Below are positions 49,610 to 62,483 of a stretch of 64,000 bases of DNA, one piece after another. The stretch is from Eledone cirrhosa (Eukaryota). The DNA lies in NCBI GenBank assembly GCA_964016885.1, contig OZ024743.1, positions 368,094,001 to 368,158,000 on the forward strand. The letters run 5' to 3'. Numbering within the stretch: the stretch's first letter is position 1; each line of letters opens with the position of its first letter. Position numbers and translations under genes: made by a program. The notes under the pieces were generated by a model that saw only the letters and a list, made by a program, of their open reading frames with translations, did no database searches and was not told the origin of the DNA.

Positions 49610-51008
49610 CTTGTACCCATGGGAGGTCGGGTACTCTGTATTACTGCGTGACGCCAGAGGTCACGGTCGTGTGTCATCACCTTTGAGAGGTGTAATTGGG
49701 TAAGGTCGGCTTTTATCACCTCATCCCAGGTCATCTAGGGTCTCCCCACTCCGCTTCTAATGCTCTGCACCTTTTTATGCAGCTCTCATCCTTCATACGC
49801 ATCACATGTCCATACCAATGCAACCGCCTCTCCTGCACACAGCATTTGATTCCTCTTATGCTCAGTCTCTCTCTCAATTCAATTATGCTTTGTCGTTCGC
49901 GTATATTACTATTACACATCCATCGGAGCATGCAGGCTTCGTTTCTCTCTAATCTACGTAAGTCTTCCACCTTCAGCGCCTAGGTCTCACTACCATGCAA
50001 CATCGCTGTTCGGATACACGCATCATACAGTCTGCCTTTCATTTTGAGGGAGAAGCCTTTTGCAGCTAGCAGTGGTAGTAGTTCCCTAAACTTCTTCCAT
50101 CCTGTTCTTACCCTAGTTATTGTACTTTCTGAACACCTACCTCCGCTGCTAATTCGGTCACCTAGGTAGCAGAAGCTGTCTACTGTTTCTACAAAGCCCT
50201 CCCAGAGATTGGTGGTACTTGTTTCCTGTGGCTGTTTGCTGCTTGCTGTCCCAGCACAGCTGCTGCATGTGAAGCCTACATTCTTAATTAAGCTTCCTGA
50301 GATCCCGCTACATCTCTTGTGTACTCATTGTTTGCATTTGGGACAGAGAGTGGAGTTCCTACCTACACCTTTCCTACATACTGAGCAAGGCCATTTCCCT
50401 GAGGGGATCTGGGTTCTGTCTTCTCTTCTACTTACAAGGACCTTAGTCTTTGTCATGTTGACTTTGAGACCCTTTCTTTCTAGTCCCTGCTTCCAAGTTT
50501 GGAATTTCTTCTCTAGTTCTACCATAGATTCAGCTATAAGTGCGAGGTCATCAGCATACAGGAGTTCCCATGGGCATCCGGTCTTAAACTCCTCCGTTAT
50601 TGCCTGCAGGACTATGATGAACAGGAGGGGGCTAAGAACAGAACCCTGGTGGACCCCAACCTGTAAGCTAAATTCCTCGCTATACTCATTGCTAATCCTA
50701 ACTTTGCTGACTGCTCCCCTATACATGGCTTGTACCGCTTTCACAAGCCATTCATCTACTCCTAGTTTTCTAAGAGCCCACCAGATTACAGCTCATGGAA
50801 CTCTGTCAAAGGCTTTCTCAAGATTGACGAATGCCAGGTAGAGTGACTTACTTTTAGCTAGTTACTTTTCCTGTAACTGCCTCACAAGGAAAAGGGCATC
50901 AGTGGTGCCTCTTCCTAGTACAAACCCAAATTGCATCTCATCTAGTTTCACCCGGTCCCTAATCAACTGTGCTATAACTCTTTCTGTTACTTTCATGACC
51001 TGGTCCAT
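49610..51008 (-). mobile_element. RTE LINE, 5'-truncated RT
   Basis: VGVHQGSVLSPLLF, LLYADDL, GLKVNMTKTK, WPCSVC and RRLHWYGHVMR. Confidence 0.88.
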
Positions 51009-51229
51009 GCATTAGATTAGATATATATTAAAAGCTAGCATATTAAATAGTTAAAAAAATATTAGCTAATTGTTCCTTAATTATAGAGTCCTCACTATTT
51101 TTGCTACTGTTCCACAACTCTCACTGGGTAAAAAAAGTTGTATTTTTCCCAATGCTATTTGTCTTTTCTGTCTACCATTAATTTCATCAGTTTAGTTATC
51201 CTTGATACTCTCAAAAAAGAAATCCATCC

Positions 51230-51685
51230 CCATGGTCCAGCCCTGTGCATAGATGAGGACTTTGCCATATAGGAAAGACCTGACAAGGATTTTCAAAGAT
51301 TTTGTCTTAAGTATCACTGTTGCCACTAATTTAACTAAAGCCAACTTCCTTAACATCATTCTGGACTTCCAAACAGGCAAGGACCACCCCTAATGAGGAA
51401 GAAGTATACATATATGAGAACACCAATCACCCCTCACCTCCAGCTGAGAAATTTAATGAATGGTATCAGCAAAAGAATTTCTAGCTTATCTATCCTATAA
51501 CAGAAATATCTTCTTGAACATGGTTACATTACATTACAATGAGGTACTAGTGAGAAATATATTTAAGGAAATGTTAACATACATGAAGGTCCCACCACCC
51601 ACCCCAAAGAGAGTTAGAAAGAGGAAGGTAAATTGGTTCAGTCCCCCGTTCAACTTAGATATATCAAGCATAGCTAAGATTTACC
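51230..51685 (+). mobile_element. Old Penelope-like fragment
   Basis: NFLNIILD and RKRKVNWFSPPFN resemble the VNFLDVTL and NVLWFHPP motifs of the 29-31 kb element. Confidence 0.55.
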
Positions 51686-52297
51686 CCCCCCCCCCCCCCT
51701 GCCCCGCCCCTCATTAGATAGTACTTCTCTAACAACCAGAACTCAGTCAGTGATGACATATCCAACCTTTTCTGACAGGGAAAATAGATGTTAAATAAGG
51801 ATGATGATATCATCATCTTCATCATCGTTTTTGGATTGGACGAGTCCTTCTCAGCACGGCATCTCTCCACTCACCGTATTCCTTCATCATCATATATGTA
51901 CACATGCATACACAGGTAGTTATCAATTATAAAGAACTTTAAATTTACCTCCCATTCATTGTTTTCTATCAGCCTGATTTATGTAATACTTTTTTTTAAA
52001 ATAAAATATTAGATAGGAAAAAAATGACAGCCTGTTTATAACTGAAATTTATAGAAACCTACTGCAAAAAAATGTAACTAAATATTTTGCCATATTTTAT
52101 AAGTTGAAATGACAAAGTATTTTAATTTGTCAAGCTATTATCAATATTGTCAACTTTCTGATCAGTTTCGGCTTTGTATTAGTAATCTTTTAATACCAAC
52201 TTTACTTGTGTTAATGTATATGTGTGTATTTTTTTTTCATTTTATTATGTAAATAATTTTTATTTTATTATGTAAATACTTCATTTTATTTTTTCAG

Positions 52298-52465
52298 CTT
52301 TTTGTTGGTGGTTTGCCAACCTTTACGAAGCCTGGCATTACTGTCCGCCATAATTTTTATGGCTGTATTGAAAATGTAGTTTTCAACAATGTGAAGCTTA
52401 TTCGTGATGCGAAAGCACAGCTGCCAAGATTTAATATTCATGGTACAATTTCGTATGGCTGTCAG
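52298..52465 (+). CDS. Nrx-IV: Neurexin IV/CNTNAP-like gene, exon E (end of LamG domain 1)
   Basis: ttttcag|...|gtaagt. LFVGGLPTFTKPGITVRHNFYGCIENVVFNNVKLIRDAKAQLPRFNIHGTISYGCQ, with GG.P and NF.GC.EN motifs. Phase 0 to 0. Confidence 0.93.
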
Positions 52466-55400
52466 GTAAGTTTATATTGTTGCCAATATAGCAGTAGTAG
52501 TATCTGTAGGTAAAGACATTCAACTGAGATTGTTTTTTTTTTCTTATCAGACACCAGTTTTTTTCTTTTTAAGTCATCAGTGTTGTGTAATTACAACGAC
52601 TTGAGATTTGTAGTCTGAGATTTAATGCAAGTTCTCTATTTGCTTTGCAATTTGAAGTTAAAACTTGAAATATGATAAAATTATTTTATATTTTAGACTC
52701 TTGTTAATGTTAAAATAAAAAACCCAAATGAAACTAAAATGGAGTTATAATCTAAGATAGATGAACTATAAGAAAGAATTGCAAATAAAATAGATTTCAT
52801 ACAATGTTAGTCCTGATGGATGAGGTGATACATTACAGATTTTATTAAAGATTTGCTATTGAACAAATACACGGGGAAAATTATTGTGATGATAATGGTG
52901 ATAGTTAAAGGTATAGGAATATTTATTTTGCTTTTGCTATGTTGCTAATATAGAAGAGTAGTTTGTTTATGGCTTTAATATCCTACTTTAGTTGTCAGTA
53001 TGATTGTATACTTTTAGTGGACTCAATCTATAATCTGGCTTTGGTTTTAATTGAAACTAGTTCACTAACACCAAAGATTAGGTTGATGTCATTTATATTT
53101 ATGTTGATCTTCTGTGGGTCAATATCTATTGGAAAAATATGGAGAGACAAGGATCTTGAACATTACAGTTTTGAGAAAAAAAGAATTGGGAGAGATTATT
53201 TGTGAGCTTGTTGGATACAGTAGGAGATACAGTAGGAGTGAAGGGAGGATAAGTGGCTGCATTGAATGAGCTTGGATTGGAGTGGCAGACAGTTTGCTAT
53301 TTCAGAGGAGGTGAATGATCAGAGTAAGAATTCTGTATTAGTTAAGTAGTGACTGTAGCATATTTATGAGTTGCCATTAAATCAGATAGCCTTTATGATC
53401 CAGAATGATTATGTGGAAAATACACTGTTCCTGTTTTATTATCAGTCCTGTAATTCAGAAAACATTTGCTGAAGTATTTCTTGTATTAGAAATGTAGATC
53501 TAGGCTTTGGAAATGTAAAGCTTTTCACAGCAGAACCAATTTTACAGTAAAGCTATCATGTCACTTGAACATTTTGTTTCATAATATGAGTTAGCTACTA
53601 GAATAATTTATTTATTTTGCTTGTTTCATCTTTGTTAATAGGGCTTGATTTTCGTCATTGAAAAGGAAAAATGGAAATGCTTGACTAAGCTCTAAGTTTT
53701 ATAAGGAATTATGTAATCCTGAACTGCATATAATTTACAAATAGCATTCTAGTAATTGAAAGTTCCAAATATTTTGTATAGATTGGAATTTTGGAAATCT
53801 CTCAAAATGATAAGAAAACTTCTGCTTATTGCTTCAGTAATACTCAGTAAAATGCAGGTTTAAGGAATGTAAAGCAGAAAAGAATTTCTGCTTTGATAAA
53901 TTTTGTTTCTCATTGATGTTTACACTACAAGTATTTATGATATTTATATATTTCTACTTAGCTCTGTTTAACCAAAGCAAAGCAACATTTATCACTTCCT
54001 TCATTTGAATACATCTGACTGAAAAAGCAGAGTTCATTCTCTCTCTCTCTCTCTGTGCATATTTATATGCACACACACATGTATCTATATGTATTTATAC
54101 GTAAATATATATATATATGTGTGTGGGGGTTTAAATATGTGTATATTTTTATATATATATATGTGTTTGTATATATGTGTGTGTTATATATAAATGTTTG
54201 TGTGAATATATATATACATGTAAGAGTTTTAAATAAAACTCTAATAAAAGTAGATAGTTAATCATAAGGTATTGTTTATTTGAGAGCTAGTCGACATCTT
54301 GTTTTATCAGATTAGCTTGTTCTACAATAGCTTCATGTTATTTTCTTCTCTCTTTTTTGTATTCTAATTGATTAGTTAAAAGATGAAAAGTCTTGGGTAT
54401 AACATCTCTCTAGAATAAAGTTGAAAGGATATAAAATCTTTCAATCTAACCCTTTATATAAAAAGATGTTTATCAAATGTAGATGCCATGGAATTGGTTT
54501 GCTGTGAGATTGGGAATATTATCCCCATAAATATATATCTTAGATGTAAGAAAAATTGTTGCTGTGTGTTTTTTTTTCTTTTCCTCCTTACACTTCAGGT
54601 ACCAAAGTAGATCTCTTTTTCAAAGAATTTCTGTTCAATTCTTTGCATGGTAAACTCAACACGCCTTCTGGTTTAACACCATGATCTTCCTTTAGAATAT
54701 TTCACTCTGTTGCAAGTATTTGGTCTATAACAGTGTCTCCCTTGTTCCTCTTTACTATTGTCTTTTTTGTAAACATTGACTTGCAGATGTTCAACTGATT
54801 CCATTTAATCCATCTTGGAAGCTTCATAAAAAAAAAAAAATTATGAGTTCAACAACTAATTCTTGATTAATTTTAAAACATAAACCCTGGCAAATTATAC
54901 ATCGATATCTTCCTCATTAGCTAATTAAAGTTAAAGTGTCGTGACTTAGGTTTCCAGTTATTTGTCACCAAACTATAAGATATTCTGTCTTATTTTTGTG
55001 GCAGATTCATTTTTATCCAAATAAATTAGACACTTCCATAACGTAGAGGTTTTCAGGGCTGGATTAACCATTAAACAAAATAAACACTGAAAGCATCAAG
55101 GGAAAAGGGGCACCATTAAATTAAATCCATTTGTGCCCCCCCCCCCCCCCCCCTCCTCCTCCTCAGAAACATTTTTTTTTGCAGACATTATAATTAGTGG
55201 GTTGATATAATTGATTATAGCCATTCATTAAATTTAAGGCGTTGTACTTATGTTCAACATCACTGACAATACCAGTTCATTGATCTAATTTACTTTGCTA
55301 CAGCTCAATACAGACTCCACTTTAATGAATGGTCCTATATTGGTGGAATCACAGGCACTGTCTGTTATTCATGATGCAAGTTCAATTGATGGAGCTGAAT

Positions 55401-55637
55401 GCTGATAAAAAGTGACTTCTCCCTATTTTGAGGAAAGTGTAAGCATTGGTGAGGTATTCCAGTGTAAAATATTGATTCGTTGATTCAGTTGGTTAACACC
55501 TCTTACTTGATATGCCTTATCATTCTTTTTATCCCACCACATAAACTTAACTGGAATTAAAGAAGAGTCTAGAAAACAATCTATGGATATTATTACCAAG
55601 CAAATTCAACTTTCGATATTGCATCAGTGATAATAAT

Positions 55638-55958
55638 TTTCTACTTTTGGCACAAGGCCAGAAATTATACCAGTGCATTACTGGTACTTTATTTTATCAA
55701 CTCCGTAAGGATGAAAGGCAAAGTTAATCTCAGCGGGATTTGAACTCAGATCATAAATGGGCGTAATTCTATGCTGCAAAGCATGGTGTCCGACCCTCTA
55801 CTGATACTGCCAATCAACTTCGATTTCTAATTTGAGGAGAGGGGAAAGTCAAATATATTGACCATAATACTTGACTGAAATTTTATTTCATTGACCCAGG
55901 AAAAGCTAAGTTTATAAAACATTTTTTCTGAGGTTCTATCAATTCTGCCAATCTACCT
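55638..55958 (-). mobile_element. Two tandem SINE-A-type pieces enclosed by one 19-bp direct repeat
   Basis: ttgcatcagtgataataat at 55619-55637 and 55959-55977. Confidence 0.7.
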
Positions 55959-55989
55959 TTGCATCAGTGATAATAATAATAGTAATAAT

Positions 55990-56198
55990 AGTTTCTACTT
56001 TTGGTACAAGGCCAGCAATTTGAAGGGAAGGCAAAGTTGATTAAATCTACCCAGTGCTTTACTGGTACTTTATTTTATTGACCATGTAAGGATGACAGGC
56101 AAAGCTAACCTTAGCAGGATTTTAACTGAGACCACAAAGGGCCGTAACTATATACCACAAAGCATGTTTACCATTGCTCTACCAATACTGCCAATCCA
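55990..56198 (-). mobile_element. SINE family A (longer subfamily)
   Basis: Family match, with an extra ttgaagggaaggcaaagttgattaaatc segment. Confidence 0.82.
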
Positions 56199-56218
56199 TT
56201 ATTATTATAATTATGAAT

Positions 56219-56403
56219 TGGTGAATTGGCAGTATCGGTAGAGGGTCGGACGCCATGCTTTGCAGCATAGAGTTACGGCCCTTTGTGGTCTGAGATCAAA
56301 TCCCGCCGAGGTTAACTTTGTCTTTCATCCTTAAGGGGTCGATAAAATAAAGTACCAGTAATACACTGATATAATTGCTGGCCTTGTGCCTAAAGTAGAA
56401 ACA
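56219..56403 (+). mobile_element. SINE family A
   Basis: Family match; flanking attattataattat duplication. Confidence 0.85.
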
Positions 56404-56944
56404 ATTATTATAATTATCATTCTTAATGCTTTTATCTGGCAGATGTTATACCATCACTATACAAAAAGCGCACACTACAGCCAATGGCCATAGGTCCTTT
56501 GGGTTATTCCTTCTTCAACTTTTTAACATCCTCTTTAGAAGCCTTACTGTTCCTAGCAAGGCTGTTTTCTGCAACATCAGCTTCCAAAAAGCCTAGATAT
56601 TTATATCCATTACCTGTGTCAATCTCTTGGATATTTTTCCATTTGGTAGATTTATCCTGTCACTTTTATTACATTTGTTTCATTTTATCATTTATAAATA
56701 CCGAATTCATTGCTAAAAATTCTCACTTGCCATATAACTTTGTCATCCATTTTTGTGGATTTTCTTCACGAGTGACCTTCAGAGGTATCCTTACTTTTGG
56801 GGAATTTGTTTGATTTTGTAAAGGTTTATTTTTTTTAGTTTTCGATATAAACCTTTTTCTTTCACAAAAAGAAACCCCACACTGTACTGTCCTGTTCCGT
56901 CTTTATTGTCCTCTTAATGTAAGTTCTGAGTGGCTAAAAAATAA

Positions 56945-57620
56945 GCCATTATTATTATTATTGTTATTACTCTTTGAGTCTCAGTCATTGGTGTTAGTTA
57001 ACTGGAAAGTTTGTTGAAATGAATATCAAGCCACTACCTGCAGCCTCAGATATTCAGGACGTATCGGAGGGTTCTTGCTGTTCCCAGCAAGCATGCCTTT
57101 TGAAGCGTTCCAAAAAGCGTGAAGGGGCCAATTTTCTTTAACCATCCCTGGAAACATTTTGAGATAGTCCCTAGTGCGCCTATGACAATCGGGATCACTT
57201 TGACTTCATGGCAGTTCCAAATCCTTTTTACCTCCCACTTTAAGTCCTGGTATCGGTTAATTTTCTCCCTCTCCTTCTCTTGCACTCTTGTGTCGAATGG
57301 GCAGGCCACATCCACAATCAGGCACAATCTTTTTTCTTTGTCCAAAACCACCAGGTCAGGTCTATTGTGTTCCAGTTTCTTGTCCGTCTGTATCCTAAAA
57401 TCCCACAGCACCTTCACCTGATCGTTTTTTATCACCGCCTCTGGCTTATGCTCATACCACTTCTCAGAATGTGGTAAATTGTTTACTTTACATAGGTGCC
57501 AGTGGATCACCCTGCCCATCACATCATGTCTCCAGCCCTTATAGTGAGTCTGAGCTAGGTGTTTACACTCGGATACAATGTGAGCCACAGTCTCCTCTCT
57601 CCACAGATCCTGCACAAATA
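56945..57620 (-). mobile_element. R4/Dong-clade LINE 3' end (zinc knuckle + restriction-like endonuclease)
   Basis: ETVAHIVSEC, RHD, LWDFRIQTD..HNRPDLVV...IVDVACP, EKINRYQDL and PIVIGALG. (TAA)n-like tail. Confidence 0.88.
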
Positions 57621-59250
57621 AAATTTCATCAGATATATCTGGTGAAATTTTATTTTAAGTAGTAGCTTTCCTGTGACAATTTTCTTTATACAATAAAAAA
57701 AATTACATTACTAGAAATCCCATGTTTATAAAATAAACAGGATGTGTTGAGGCCTCAATATGTAAACTAAATGACTAATTCTTGTTTTTCAAAAATTCAA
57801 TGGAGATAATCTAGAAAAATTACCGATCACCCCCCCCCCCCCCCCACCCCATTGTTCCAACACCCCATAATTATTTGTAACTCAAGAGTATATGTATATG
57901 AAACAAGTTCCCAATCTCAGAAAGAGCAGTGGTAAAACTGTGCCAGCAAACTTAGTGTTTCATTACTTGGTATCTATTTGGTATCAAGAAAAGAGATAGC
58001 TTATGTATCTCTGCCTCACTAAAAGTGGAAGAGGTTTTAATATCTCTTCAAAGGACCATTTGAAGGAAACTGTAGGTGATGTGTAGAGCAACATTTCATC
58101 CTAAGATTGAGGTATTATCAACCTGATCTTCAATACTGGGGCTAAAGCAGAATGTGAAGCAGAGATGAAATATATGTTCATTGACTTGTACCTGACTACA
58201 TGGATCAACATAATGCATAGATGATAGTCGGGGGCATTGGTAATATCAAACTTCTCTTTATCTTTGTAGAACTATGGTTGGGTGGGTGGTATGTAAAAAG
58301 TGTCACCCTCCTCACCAAGCGAGCTTGATGGGATTGCCCATTTAGTAATTTACGACCTGGTCAAGCAACAGGTTGTAATAGGTTACATATTACCAATAGC
58401 ATTTGAGAGTGACCTAGCACTGATATATATTTAGTTCTTGTTAAAATGATGTAAGTAAATATGTGTATTAATGAAAAAAACTATGATATTATTCTAATTG
58501 CAGTTATTGAACATAATAGCTTTTTAGTGTAATCCAAAAGATTTTGGAAGATGATCTGAAAACAATGTGCTGTTAATGCACTGTCTTGTTTTGTGAATAG
58601 ACAGACTGTATTGTCAGTTGGCAAGTAATGATTCAATGTTTTGAGTGTGAGGTGAGACATTTAAGAAGTTTGAAAATTTCAACATAGAAACCAAGAAAAT
58701 ATGTCTCACCTCAAGTGGATTACATGTTATTTTGTGCAGTATCATGAACTACTAAGAAAATATTAGTTTTAACTGATTTGTCTTTAGATATTAGAATAGT
58801 CAGTATATCTCTGTTTACTTTTCACAAACTACAAAGAGACAAGCTTCAGATTTCTTTCTTGATGGGATATTAGTCTATTGTAGATAATATTTCTTCAAAA
58901 CCTGGTATTTATTCTCTTAATCAGCTGGAAACCTATGAAGAGATTTTAGGGGCTCAAGGAGCTGAAGGAAGAAATATAGTCTGTAACTAAAATTTCAATT
59001 TTTTTTTTCATTCAATAATAAATGTAGACACCAAATGGCATCTAAACCTGAAACATGTATATCAATTTTGATGTTATTAACTTTGGTGCTGTCAGCTCTG
59101 ATATTACATGCATTTAAGCACATTTTTCTGAGATGAAATTTATAGGTTTCATTAAGATCTCCTGTTCTATTATAGATAAATTTAACAACTTAACAGAAAG
59201 ACAATGAAATATGAACTTAACACCCACAAAACTACTAATTATTCACTCAT

Positions 59251-59345
59251 GCTTACAATCAATGAGTTCCTGCTCTTCTCTTAGTACAAACCAGGCTGAA
59301 CAGTGATCAGTGATCAGATGAGAAAAACTGTTTTAATATGATATG
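59251..59345 (-). pseudogene. Highly degenerate 5S rRNA-like sequence
   Basis: Minus strand catatcatattaaaacagtttttctcatctgatcactga...agcctggtttgtact...tgtaagc. Confidence 0.45.
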
Positions 59346-60836
59346 AATGTAAACCACTCTTGCTATTGTCAAGAGAAAGTAATATTGCTTTCATTTTGGT
59401 ATGTTCAAAAAGAAAGATTTTAAAAGAATTAATCTTGTTAACTGATGTCTCCAAGAATTAGTTTATACTAAAATGTTTACATATTTCTTATGCCAATGTC
59501 TATCTGAATTCATTTTGTTCAAAAGAAACAATATATTAGGTAAAAGTATTGATATTTGGAATTATTTAGTTTGTTAATCCAATGAGGAAATTAATAATAT
59601 TGTTATACTTTGTATTATTGAGGAAGAAAACCTATAATGTATGAAAAAACTGTAATCTATAAACTAAAAAGATTGTGTGCTATTCTATAAAGTGGAAAAT
59701 ATTGTGAATATATATATAGTTTTTACCCAAAACTCCTGATGTAGTCAGAGGGGCACTGTTGTGACACAACATTTCGTGGATACTTCAAACCTGGTAAAGC
59801 CCATCCCTCTCCAAGTCAAAATATGGCCCCAGTAATAGACTGGTATCTTTTTTTTTATTGACCTTGAAAATATTTTCGACAAAAGTTGACCTTTCAACTC
59901 AGAGAACACAGATCCAGAACAAATACTGTAAAGCATGAAGTTCTAATGATTCTGCTAATTTGCTGTACCCGTGGAAATATGAAATACATTGAAAATCAAT
60001 CATAGAGCCAGTGTTAGTCAATTTATTTTTTCAATGAGTTTATTTCTTTCCAGTGTACTTATTCCTAGTCATATATGTCTATAAATGGAAGGTGTATTGA
60101 CTATAAGAAATAAGATTTGCAAATAATATTTGAATTAAATTTAAAAAAAATCAATAAAGGTGGATGAATTTGTTTCTTTGTTTCTCCATAAATATAGGCA
60201 TTTTTCCTATTTCATTGCGTAGTTGAGTATATTATTATTGGCGGAATCATACAAGTGTTGAACAAAATGATTCCTGGTATTTGTTCCAGCTCTTTACATT
60301 CTGAGTTTAAATCCTGCCAAGGTCAGCTTCACCTTTCCTCCTTCCAGGATCAATAAAATAAAGCATTAGTCAAGTAATGGGGGCGATTTAATTACCCCCC
60401 CCCCCCCTCCAAAAAAATTCTTACCTTGTGCCTATGTTAGAAATAGTTATTTTATTATCTGGGTTTCACTCATACTGCATTGTTGGCAATATTTTCTATT
60501 AAAGCCCCATTTAGCTTACCTTCAACTGTAGTTAGGGCTTGTTGGGTATAAAGAATCTTTTTATGACAGAATGGGAAGGTATTTAAAATGAGATGTGTCT
60601 CCTGTCTTACCTAAGTTAATTCGGTAGTAGCATCCAAAAGAAAAACATAGCTTCAAACTACACATTAATTATAGGTGGTGTGTTGAATCTATAAGTAAGC
60701 AGTAGTTCTGTTTATGCATAAAATCTGGTTAAAACCGTAACAATAGATATTCACATGTTACAACACACTAACATATTTTCATGGTCCATCTACTGTTACA
60801 AGAGTCATCCTTTTTTTCTTTTTCTCTTTCTTTTAG

Positions 60837-61007
60837 TTGCCATCAATTGTCCCCGTCACATTTTCAACAGGCACGTCTTACATAAAAATTATTGGAGACT
60901 CAAGTGGTGTGGGGAGTGGATTTGTACGTGGTGGTTTTGATTTTAGGACACACAATACTGGAGGCTTGCTCTTTTATCATAAGATGAGTGATAAAGCCAT
61001 AGTTAAG
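60837..61007 (+). CDS. Nrx-IV: Neurexin IV/CNTNAP-like gene, exon F (start of LamG domain 2)
   Basis: Long polypyrimidine tract, ttttag|...|gtaagt. LPSIVPVTFSTGTSYIKIIGDSSGVGSGFVRGGFDFRTHNTGGLLFYHKMSDKAIVK, with PVTF and FRT...GLL motifs. Phase 0 to 0; the gene continues beyond the window. Confidence 0.9.
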
Positions 61008-61598
61008 GTAAGTGATTATCATATTTTTACTTCTTTTCCCCACATGGAATTTATTGAGCTGCTAAAATATAATTGTAGATTTTAAAAAGTTAAATTTGAT
61101 TCATTTAAGGCAGAGCAAACTAGAACACTTTTATATTAAAACTGATTTGAAGCATTGAAAACATATTCTCTAACAGTAACACCATTGTTTGTCTTATTTG
61201 CTTCTTGTCTCTGCTGTCTAGTTGTTTTCCATGACATTCCAGTTTTGATATCTAATCACCACAGGAACAATTGCTATAAATAGTATCATCTCATGCTACT
61301 AGTTGTTTTTTCATGGCTCTTTCAACTGGTCCTTAAAACATTAAAGTTGTGCTCCTACATGTCAGTCCATTATATAATATTTTACTTACTTTCCTGTGCT
61401 AGATATACAATATATCTATCACAGGAAAGTTATTTCTTTTTATTAGTTTAAGATAATTTTGAATATTAGATGCTAGATAGTCTTGAAGCTTTTGCTGGTA
61501 GAATTTCTGGAGTTTCTGGAGGTATATTGTGTAAATTTTGCAGAGACAGGTTATATATATACACATACATAAACATACATATACATACGCACGCATAC

Positions 61599-62403
61599 AT
61601 CCATGGCATCACTCAGCAAGACCTTTGTTAGCCGCTCTCCAGCCATCTATTTAAAACTGTATACAGCTATGGTGCGACCACACTTGGAATTCGCATCATC
61701 AGTCTGGAACCCCTATCTTGCTCGGAACATTGACCTCCTGGAAACTGTTCAGAGACGTGCAACCAAGCGCATACCCTCCATCAGACACCTACCATACTCT
61801 GAACGCCTTGCTTCCCTGGGCATGGATTCATTGAAGCTCCGACGTCTGGCAATGGACTTGGTGAATACCCACAAAGTTTTTAACCATCTCGCCAACTGCA
61901 ACCCTGAGCGCCTCTTTGATCTCCATGTGTCTAACACACGTGGACATGCCTACAAGATAAGAAAACAGCACAGCTCCCATGACTTTCGCAGACATTTTTT
62001 CACGCTCAGAGTTGCTGAAGCATGGAACAAACTGCCTGCGTCAATTGTTAGCTGCCGAGACACTGCATCCTTTAAGACACTCATGCTTCCCGAAATACGC
62101 CAAAACTACACCTGATGTACCTCTTCCATACACATGCACACATGTGCGTATCATGACTCGTGCACTGTTCATTTTACTGATGTTTGTGCATTGCCCTATG
62201 TACTGTACATGCACTTTTTTGATGAGTTGTGGTGCACCTGGGCACTGTACACAATATTTCATTATTGTTATTGTATCATGACTCATACACTGTTCATTTT
62301 CCTGACATTTGTACATTATTCTATGTACTATACATGCACCTTTGATGAGTTGTAGTGCACCTGAGCACTGTACACAATAATTTCATTATTATTATTATTA
62401 TTA
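61599..62403 (+). mobile_element. CR1/L2-group LINE 3' end with duplicated 3' UTR
   Basis: LYTAMVRPHLEFASSVWNPY, LETVQRRATK, YSERL, TRGH and FFTLRVAEAWNKLP. A ~124-bp UTR unit occurs twice; (ATT)n tail. Confidence 0.9.
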
Positions 62404-62483
62404 TACACACATACAGATATATGCAATAACACATCCACACATATATACATACACACACACACACACATATTATTGTTATTATT

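Noticed and set aside
55055-55165. cagggctggattaacc hAT-like TIR start and nearby poly-C run
   Set aside because: No matching second TIR or TSD found. The poly-C runs here and elsewhere have no supporting structure.
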